Assembly: GCF_002075285.3 (NCBI RefSeq)
Contig: NZ_CP021983.2
Span: 1,410,001-1,442,000 of the forward strand
DNA from: Halomicronema hongdechloris C2206
GTDB lineage: Bacteria > Cyanobacteriota > Cyanobacteriia > Phormidesmidales > Phormidesmidaceae
Reading direction: 5' to 3'
DNA length: 32,000 nt
Under the pieces are notes generated by a model. That model did no database searches. It was given only the letters and a program-made list of their open reading frames with translations, and was not told the DNA's origin. Below, in pieces: positions 25,965 to 32,000 of the stretch (position 1 is its first letter; each line of letters opens with the position of its first letter). The translations under genes and the position numbers were made by a program.

Positions 25965-26225
25965 GGAACTCAGAGTGGGTGAATGGGTGCGGCACCGATA
26001 GCGGCAACATGTACCAGTATTCAAGGCTCAGGGACCAGCTCATAGGATCACAAGGAGGATGCCGCAGATGGCTATGTAACTACCTTGCTGGATCAGGCTG
26101 TTAGGTAGGTTAAGTCTCCCTGAGAGGAGGCTGAAAATTCTTGGAGGGGTAGCAACTGGTGGAGTATTACCGAATTACCTCAGCTCCACACCTCTATTGA
26201 ATAACGCCTGAATAACACCTGATTT

Positions 26226-27062
26226 TCAGGCATCTACTCGTTTAGTGGAACGATGTCGCCAGTACAGGGCCAAGCTGCTACCGATCACGGCCAGGGCCGA
26301 GAGAATGTGCACCACGTTAAACGGGGTGCCGGGGAAAAACCAGGAATCGGTCCGAAGAAACTCGATGAAAAAGCGCCCCAAAGGGTACCAGATCAGATAG
26401 CCTAGGGCGATATCCCCTGGCTTCAGTTGTTTCTGAAAGCGGCGGGAAATCCAGAACAGTAAGGCAAAGCCCAGAAAATTCCACAGGGATTCATAGAGAA
26501 ACAGGGGCTGAAATCGGATGCTCTCGGGATATTGAGCTAGGTTGTCGTAGGGAGGAATGCGATGATCTGGGTCGATGCGCAATCCCCAGGGCAACGTAGT
26601 CGGCGGGCCGTAGAGTTCCTGATTAATAAAGTTACCCCAGCGGCCAATGGCCTGGGCCAAGGGCAGACTCAATGCGATCGCATCCAGATAAATGGGCGTC
26701 TTCAGGCGACGCATGCGGGTGAATAGCCAAAGGGCGATACCGCCAAAGATGAAGCCGCCGAAAATATGGATGCCGCCGCCCCAGATCTTCAAAATTTCAG
26801 CGGGATTGTCTAGGTAGTAGCCCAATCCGCCAGCGCCCCGCGGCGACTGAATAAACACATAGTACAGCCGGGCGCCGATGAAGCCTGGAATTAGAATCCA
26901 GAACAGCATGTCCCAGAGGTTATCGCTATTTTCACCCCGCCGTTCTACCTCGCGGCTAGCAATCTGAGCTGCCGCCAGGATCGCGATCAGCATCAGCAGC
27001 CCATACCAGCGCAGGGCAAACGGGCCGATTTCAACGATGATAGGGTCAACAGGTGGGTACAT
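26226..27062 (-). CDS. lgt: prolipoprotein diacylglyceryl transferase
   Basis: Lgt motifs are IGPFALRWYGLLMLIAI, GGGIHIFGG and AIGRWGNFINQELYG. I chose the start at ATG 27062 (MYPPVDPIIVEIG). The 45-aa N-extension in the ORF track is a read-through of heptamer repeats. Confidence 0.9.
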   Translation of the reverse strand: MYPPVDPIIVEIGPFALRWYGLLMLIAILAAAQIASREVERRGENSDNLWDMLFWILIPGFIGARLYYVFIQSPRGAGGLGYYLDNPAEILKIWGGGIHIFGGFIFGGIALWLFTRMRRLKTPIYLDAIALSLPLAQAIGRWGNFINQELYGPPTTLPWGLRIDPDHRIPPYDNLAQYPESIRFQPLFLYESLWNFLGFALLFWISRRFQKQLKPGDIALGYLIWYPLGRFFIEFLRTDSWFFPGTPFNVVHILSALAVIGSSLALYWRHRSTKRVDA

Positions 27063-27063
27063 G

Positions 27064-27203
27064 GGAGGACGAAGAACGGAGGACGGAGAATGGAGGACGG
27101 AGGGCGGAGAATGGAGAACAGCAAGGGAGAAGGGGAGAGGGGGAAGTAAGAAGGCAGAAGGCAGAAGGCAGAAGGCAGAATTAAATTCAAAATTCAAAAT
27201 TCA
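27064..27203. repeat. three consecutive heptanucleotide tandem arrays (STRR-like): (GGAGRAY)x8, (GAAGGCA)x4, (AAATTCA)x3
   Basis: 27064-27119 reads GGAGGAC GAAGAAC GGAGGAC GGAGAAT GGAGGAC GGAGGGC GGAGAAT GGAGAAC. 27150-27177 is GAAGGCA x4, whereas the same heptamer is x3 at 16559-16579. 27183-27203 is AAATTCA x3. Confidence 0.8.
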
Positions 27204-27400
27204 TTGCTGCCTTGCCGATGCGACGCGATCTACAACGGCTGATCGACCATCTTTTCCGCGGGGTCCAGGGCGGTAGTTCGGCAAGCTCACCACCAGCGGT
27301 TTGCCTTGGTCGTCGGGGTCCGAGGGAACGAAATCCCCTCGGGCGAGCACCTCGAGCTACCAAGATAAGCGTAGTCTTATCAGGGGCCATTGCCCCTGAT
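27142..27400 (+). repeat. repeat-element copy C (same family as 16551-16950)
   Basis: Shared blocks are GCCTTGCCGATGCGACGCGATC (27209-27230), CCGCGGGGTCCAGGGC, GCGGTTTGCCTTGGTCGTCGGGGTCCGAGGGAA, GAGCACCTCGAGCTAC and AGTCTTATC. A terminal hairpin ATCAGGGG-CCATTG-CCCCTGAT lies at 27378-27399. Confidence 0.7.
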
Positions 27401-27432
27401 CGACAATACCTTTGTTCCACCCATCTCCTGCT

Positions 27433-28980
27433 TCAATCCTCCAGATACCCTAACTCTTCTAAGCGACGACGCACTTCCGGATCTTCAAAATTATTGGCCC
27501 GCTCGGGGGCGGTCACGGTGACCGGCACTGAGGACCGCTGGGCAAAGGCCTGCAGATAGTCCTGCAGCACCTCCACATTCTCCGGCAAGATGGCACTCAG
27601 GTTAAGGTCTTCGGTGGGGTCTTCTAGCACATCGTAGAGTTCCGCCCCCTGTCCTTCGGTGTCAATCAGCTTGTGCCGCCCCATCCAGATGGCCCGACGG
27701 GTGCGATCGCACCCCCGTTCTTGCACCAACTGGGGCTGTCGCCGCTGCATCAAATTCACCACATTCTGAGGCGGAATCGCCTCAGCAAACACCTGATCCG
27801 CCCCAGAGGCAGTAGTCTGGGCCAATTCCAGGGTGGCTTCTGCCGCCGTGGCCAATCCTGCCGCCACCAACACCGTATGGAATAACCGTCGCGTCGAGAC
27901 CACCTCTTCGGCCACCGTACCCGGCGTTAATCGAGCCGCCGGATCTCGAATGATCAGCGGCACCCGGATCAACTCATTGTAGATAGACAGGCTATGGCCC
28001 ATGAACTGCTTTTCCCCCAGATGCTCCCCATGGTCAGCACAGATCACCACCAGGGTGTTGTCCAAGCGCCCCGCCTGCTGCAACCGCTGGAAGAACTGCC
28101 CCAACAAAGCATCCTGATGGGCCACTTCAGCGTCATACATGCCATCGAGAGTCTGCTTTTGCTCCTCATCGAGGGCGCCCGTCAGCGGCGCCAACCAGCC
28201 ATACACATCCGTATTGAATCGCTGCAGGAAACTCTGGGCTTCGCGGTCAGCCAGCACATGGGGAGCAAATTGCTCGATATAAGACCGGGGAGGATGATAG
28301 GGCATATGGGTGCCCATCAAGTTGACAAAGGCAAACACCGGCTGATCAGCGGCAACCCGGGGCCGATTAATCAGAAAATTAGCCGTATCTTCTAAGGATT
28401 TGGCCGTATTCCCCTTAAAACTCAGGGCCGTTTGCCACAGTGGCACCATCAGCGGCGTGAAGGAAAGGGCCAGCAGGGTTTCAGAGCGGGCAAAGGCATC
28501 CTGGATCTGATTCAACACCTGGGCCAGTTGGCGCTTAAACCATTGTCGATATCGCCCCACCAACCCCGGTGAGGTGCCCGCCTGGTTAGGCCGAGAAGTT
28601 AGCAGCCCACTGTAATTCAAGAAGCTGTCAAACCCCCGCCGCAGGCCGTTGTTGATCACGCCCACCAAAGGATTGTTACAGAACCCGGCAGTGACATAGC
28701 CCCCCGCTTGCAGCCGTTGGGCCAAGGGGGTCAGCTCTGGTGACAATACCGAATAGGACTGCACCATGCCATGCTCAGACGGGTAAAGCCCCGTAAACAT
28801 GGAGGCATGGGAGGGCACTGTCCATTGGGCGGCTGAGATCGCATTGGCAAACCGGGTGGCATCGGCCGCAAATGCATCTAAATGGGGAGAGGTGGGCTGG
28901 TCATACCCGTAGCAGGACAGGCGATCGGCACGCTGGGTATCGAGGACCAGAAATAAGATATCGGGACGGGATTGAGACAT
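27433..28980 (-). CDS. sulfatase-family (alkaline-phosphatase superfamily) hydrolase/transferase with a non-canonical active-site motif
   Basis: 515 aa. The N-terminus PDILFLVLDTQRADRLSCYGY and ICADHGEHLGE are typical sulfatase-fold metal ligands. The nucleophile motif reads WTVPSHASMFTG instead of C/S-x-P-x-R. Confidence 0.85.
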   Translation of the reverse strand: MSQSRPDILFLVLDTQRADRLSCYGYDQPTSPHLDAFAADATRFANAISAAQWTVPSHASMFTGLYPSEHGMVQSYSVLSPELTPLAQRLQAGGYVTAGFCNNPLVGVINNGLRRGFDSFLNYSGLLTSRPNQAGTSPGLVGRYRQWFKRQLAQVLNQIQDAFARSETLLALSFTPLMVPLWQTALSFKGNTAKSLEDTANFLINRPRVAADQPVFAFVNLMGTHMPYHPPRSYIEQFAPHVLADREAQSFLQRFNTDVYGWLAPLTGALDEEQKQTLDGMYDAEVAHQDALLGQFFQRLQQAGRLDNTLVVICADHGEHLGEKQFMGHSLSIYNELIRVPLIIRDPAARLTPGTVAEEVVSTRRLFHTVLVAAGLATAAEATLELAQTTASGADQVFAEAIPPQNVVNLMQRRQPQLVQERGCDRTRRAIWMGRHKLIDTEGQGAELYDVLEDPTEDLNLSAILPENVEVLQDYLQAFAQRSSVPVTVTAPERANNFEDPEVRRRLEELGYLED

Positions 28981-29289
28981 GGTGTTGAGATCAACGGACG
29001 GGACGCAACAAAAGGATTGTCAGGGCTTCCTTGCCCCTTAATCTACCGGAGCAGGGTCCAGTCTGTCCTGGATCGGCGGCTGAGAGCCACGGAATTATTG
29101 AGAATTTCTTTCAACCATAGCAACTGCTGGCGCCGATGTGCGGTGGTGTCGCTAAGCTCATCTGGCCCTGAGTTATAGCCACTGCCACAATGTTTTGTGC
29201 GGTGGCGAGCCAGTCAGCCTGCCTAGAGTGGGCCATGGGGCGATCAGCCATGTCCTAAGCTGACTGGCCAACGCTATATCTGGCCCAGC

Positions 29290-30225
29290 CTATAGCTGGC
29301 TGAGGATTTGCGTGTCGATGGAGAAGTCGATGTCCTGTTGCTCCCGGCCCGACGGCAGGTAATCGCGCTGATAGGCATCCTTGAGGCCAGCTGTCAGATC
29401 AAACTCGGGTTCCCAATCCAGATCAGTAAGGGCCTTGGCAATACTGGTGAAGAAATGCTGTAACCGCAGCGGAAATGCCTTGCGCTTGCCAAAGTCGAAG
29501 GCACTGGGGTCATAGTGAATCAGCTGCAGCTGTTCGGGATCTCGACCCATAGCCCGGGCACAGGCCCGGGCTAGGCCATCCAAGGTGACGGCCTTTTCCC
29601 CCGAGATGTTGTAGATCTGGCCCACAGCATTGGCATTGCCTAGGACAGCCACCATGGCCCGGGCTAGGTCCTGGACATGGCCTAACTGAGTCAAGGCCAT
29701 ACCGTGGCCGGGAATAGGAATTGGCCGCGACCGGCCGATGCGATCGAAGAACCAAGCTTCTAAGTCATTGTAATTTTGGGGACCATAGATATAGACCGGA
29801 CGCACGGCCGTGAAGGGCACCCCTTGCTCGGCGAGGTAAACTTCTGTGTCAAACTTGCCCCGGTGACGACTCTTGGGATCAATGGCATCTCCCTCTATGT
29901 GGGGCATCTGATCGGATTTCTGGTACACCCCAGCGGAGCTGACATAGACAAAATGCTGTAGGTGATCTCGAAAGATTTCTATCAGCGGTTGTGTGTCTTG
30001 CAGTTCTCGGCCGTTGTTGTCGAAAATGGCGTCAAAGCGGCTATCGCTAAGGGCCTGCTTCAGGGCATCTGTGTCTTTGCGATCGCATCGAATCTGCTCC
30101 ACCCCAGCCACAGGAGCGGGCCGATTGCCCCGGTTTAGCAGCACCACCTCATGGCCTTGATCGACTAACAGCCGAGTCAGGAAGACGCCGATAAACCGCG
30201 TTCCCCCCATTACTAAAATCCGCAT
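29290..30225 (-). CDS. NAD-dependent epimerase/dehydratase-family protein
   Basis: Rossmann motif MRILVMGGTRFIGVFLTRLL. I chose the ATG at 30225 because GGAGGG lies 5 nt upstream. The track start at 30249 adds 8 aa. Confidence 0.8.
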   Translation of the reverse strand: MRILVMGGTRFIGVFLTRLLVDQGHEVVLLNRGNRPAPVAGVEQIRCDRKDTDALKQALSDSRFDAIFDNNGRELQDTQPLIEIFRDHLQHFVYVSSAGVYQKSDQMPHIEGDAIDPKSRHRGKFDTEVYLAEQGVPFTAVRPVYIYGPQNYNDLEAWFFDRIGRSRPIPIPGHGMALTQLGHVQDLARAMVAVLGNANAVGQIYNISGEKAVTLDGLARACARAMGRDPEQLQLIHYDPSAFDFGKRKAFPLRLQHFFTSIAKALTDLDWEPEFDLTAGLKDAYQRDYLPSGREQQDIDFSIDTQILSQL

Positions 30226-30517
30226 GGGACCCTCCATCCGTGTAATCAATGTTTATCTTAAGACGGGCCGATCCTGGAATTCGATGTTAAAAAGCGGCTC
30301 CCCTGGGAAAATGTCTCGTAAGCTAGGGCCATATCCCCTGGCCATTTGCCCCAGTGGGTGACTCGTTCCTATCCTAAATTCAGCTCGAGATAGTTGGGCT
30401 CGACATGAGTCATCGCCCCTGAGGCACCCCCCGTAGCTGGATTTGGACAAGGTTTAGAATAGGGATTGACTCTGGCTCTGCGGGCCTGAGCGGTCTGGCG
30501 TCGACATAAGGTCTAGC

Positions 30518-31546
30518 ATGCATCAGCTTGAGCACGCCTACAGAGTCCTGGATCTACACCCGGGAGCCTCCCTAGAGGAGATCAACCAGGCCTATAAGGA
30601 TCTGGTGTTTATCTGGCATCCCGATCGTATTCCCCAAGAGAATACCCGCCTGTTAGAGAAGGCCCAGGAGAAAATCAAGCAGCTCAATCAGGCCCGAGAC
30701 CTATTGAGGTCCCACAACAAGACCAAAGGCGGGGTCCGCTCCCATGCCTACAGCGCCTCCGGCAATAGCCATGGGAACCAGGCGTCAGGTTATCCGCGCA
30801 GTGACGCCTATCGGCCGCCAGCCGCTTCCTATTACAGCAACCGTTATCGCTCTGCTGGCTATACCCGTGGCTCCAGTAGCAGTTATCGCCCGGGATATAC
30901 CGACAGCTACCGTAACGGCTATCCTGGCAGCCACAATAGTTACAGCAGCCATCGCTCCGGTTATACGAATCCCTACCGCCCTGGCTCTACCCACCAGAGT
31001 CAGCCCAATGGCAGGAGTACCAATGGCAGTCAGTACTCTAGTCAGCGCTCTAACGGCAACTCATCTAGCAGCAATGGCTCCCAGGCAGCCAGCAGCACCA
31101 GCAGTAGCGGCCACCGGCAGAGCCCATCCCAGCAGAATGTGTCCCAACAGGCCTACAACGCCTACCGGGCTCGCCAGCAAAATCCCGACCTAAGCGGCAC
31201 CGATCTCAGTGGCGCCAACCTACGGGAGAAGGACCTCTCCGGGCGTAATCTCAGTAATGCCAACCTGAGCGGCGCCGATCTCAGTGATGCCTTTCTCCAC
31301 AAGATCAACCTGAATCGGGCTAATCTCTGCCGGGCCAAACTCTTTCGGGCCAATTTGCTGCAAGCCGACCTCAGCCACGCCAACTTGCGAGAGGCCGACC
31401 TGATTGGTGCCGATCTCAGTGGCGCCAACCTCAGCGGTGCCGATCTCAGTGGCGCCAAGGTGGGCTTTGGGGGCAAGGTCATGGTGAAACTAACCAGCAC
31501 TATTCTGACCGGTACCATCATGCCAGATGGCACTATCCATGACTGA
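30518..31546 (+). CDS. J-domain protein with a Ser/Tyr/Arg/Asn-rich low-complexity linker and a C-terminal pentapeptide-repeat domain
   Basis: The J domain is AYRVLDLHPGASLEEINQAYKDLVFIWHPDR, with the HPD motif. About 150 aa of low complexity follow (SYRPGYTDSYRNGYPGSHNSYSSHRSGY...). About 20 A(D/N)LxX pentapeptide units follow that (ANLSGADLSDAFLHKINLNRANL...). Confidence 0.85.
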   Translation: MHQLEHAYRVLDLHPGASLEEINQAYKDLVFIWHPDRIPQENTRLLEKAQEKIKQLNQARDLLRSHNKTKGGVRSHAYSASGNSHGNQASGYPRSDAYRPPAASYYSNRYRSAGYTRGSSSSYRPGYTDSYRNGYPGSHNSYSSHRSGYTNPYRPGSTHQSQPNGRSTNGSQYSSQRSNGNSSSSNGSQAASSTSSSGHRQSPSQQNVSQQAYNAYRARQQNPDLSGTDLSGANLREKDLSGRNLSNANLSGADLSDAFLHKINLNRANLCRAKLFRANLLQADLSHANLREADLIGADLSGANLSGADLSGAKVGFGGKVMVKLTSTILTGTIMPDGTIHD

Positions 31547-31849
31547 ATCTTGCCAGCATTCTTTCAAGAGTGCTGACATCCAGAACCCGACAGGCTTTCA
31601 CAAATTTGACGGCCATAAGCTGGCAAGACTCTCCCGACAACGCCGAAAGAGTCCTGCACGTGGATTGATTAACGGCTACAGCGCTTTTGAGGCCAGTGAG
31701 GTACACGACTGACCATGAACTTCCTTGATCCCGGGAGGCAGGCTGTACCTCATCCCGCAAGGAAATACTATATGGCTGGAATCACCAGATGGTGCTCTAG
31801 CAAAGAGGTCATGCCCACTGTTAGGACAGGTAGGGCCAGGTAGCATCGT

Positions 31850-32000
31850 TTAGCGACATACGGGCAACCCTGGGGCATAAGCCTCAATCACCCGCCCCGT
31901 CTGGCTGCAGGTGATCATCAAGTAATCACACTGGGGACACTGGGTCCGAACCAGATGTTCAGTGTCGATATAGTAACGCTCTGCTGTGTTGCCACAATTG
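31850..32000 (-). CDS. C-terminal part of a small Cys-rich protein; the ORF continues beyond the right window edge
   Basis: The minus-strand frame reads ...NCGNTAERYYIDTEHLVRTQCPQCDYLMITCSQTGRVIEAYAPGLPVCR, with a TAA stop at 31852-31850. It contains a CxxC pair. It is absent from the ORF track because it has no start in the window. Confidence 0.3.
   Translation of the reverse strand, partial: NCGNTAERYYIDTEHLVRTQCPQCDYLMITCSQTGRVIEAYAPGLPVCR

Noticed and set aside
26993-27559. ORFs over the heptamer arrays and repeat copy C (26993-27190 -, 27037-27276 +, 27187-27420 -, 27212-27559 +), and the 45-aa N-terminal extension of lgt (start 27197).
   Set aside because: These are repeat-encoded low-complexity peptides (LHSPPSVLHSPSSVL, GGEWRTEGGEWRT). 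Lgt homology begins at the Met encoded at 27062.
31162-31533. A 123-aa minus-strand ORF with repeated LAPLRSAPLR.
   Set aside because: It is the antisense reading of the pentapeptide-repeat region of the J-domain protein, so the periodic repeat produces an open antisense frame.
1-32000. I looked for CRISPR arrays, rRNA genes, IS transposases and further tRNAs across the whole window.
   Set aside because: I found no regularly spaced 25-40-nt direct repeats with unique spacers, no rRNA-like conserved segments, no transposase-like ORFs, and only the one cloverleaf at 12139-12209.

Overview
Cyanobacterial chromosomal DNA: the HIP1 octamer GCGATCGC recurs about once per kb, and hand-sampled lines are mostly 55-70% G+C. 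The window has two parts. (1) nt 1-12138 is the tRNA-proximal end of an integrated mobile element at the 3' end of tRNA-Gly(CCC) (12139-12209, minus strand). Reading away from the tRNA it carries a tyrosine integrase, a very acidic unknown ORF, and a cI/LexA-type repressor (HTH + S24 peptidase) divergent from a Ner-like HTH gene and an excisionase-like HTH gene. Next comes a Zn-finger/Toprim/DUF3987-type primase-helicase whose 3' end runs into 12 GGTAGACA iterons (putative origin). The cargo region beyond holds an orphan ParD-like RHH protein, a Uma2-family nuclease and a 1450-aa NACHT/STAND NTPase with TPR-like repeats. That NTPase gene is a sharp compositional outlier (about 35-37% G+C, no HIP1) and its ~225-aa N-terminal domain cannot be assigned. 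A ParG-like RHH ORF runs off the left edge. No virion genes are visible, so the element resembles a P4-like satellite or an integrated plasmid carrying an NLR-like candidate defence gene; this is my best candidate for a novel system. (2) nt 12210-32000 is ordinary core genome: lipoprotein metallophosphoesterase, pstS-pstC-pstA (no pstB) with a candidate Pho box, a PDS/ZDS-like FAD oxidoreductase, a 1729-aa TPR-CHAT protein, a GT2 + DUF2064 pair, lgt, a sulfatase-like enzyme with a Thr/His active-site variant, an NAD-dependent epimerase, a J-domain/low-complexity/pentapeptide protein, and a partial Cys-rich ORF at the right edge. Non-genic highlights are three copies of a ~200-260 nt repeat element (two in tandem after pstA, one upstream of lgt) with hairpins kept by a compensatory substitution, and three different heptanucleotide tandem arrays abutting the lgt start codon. 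No CRISPR array, rRNA or IS transposase was seen.
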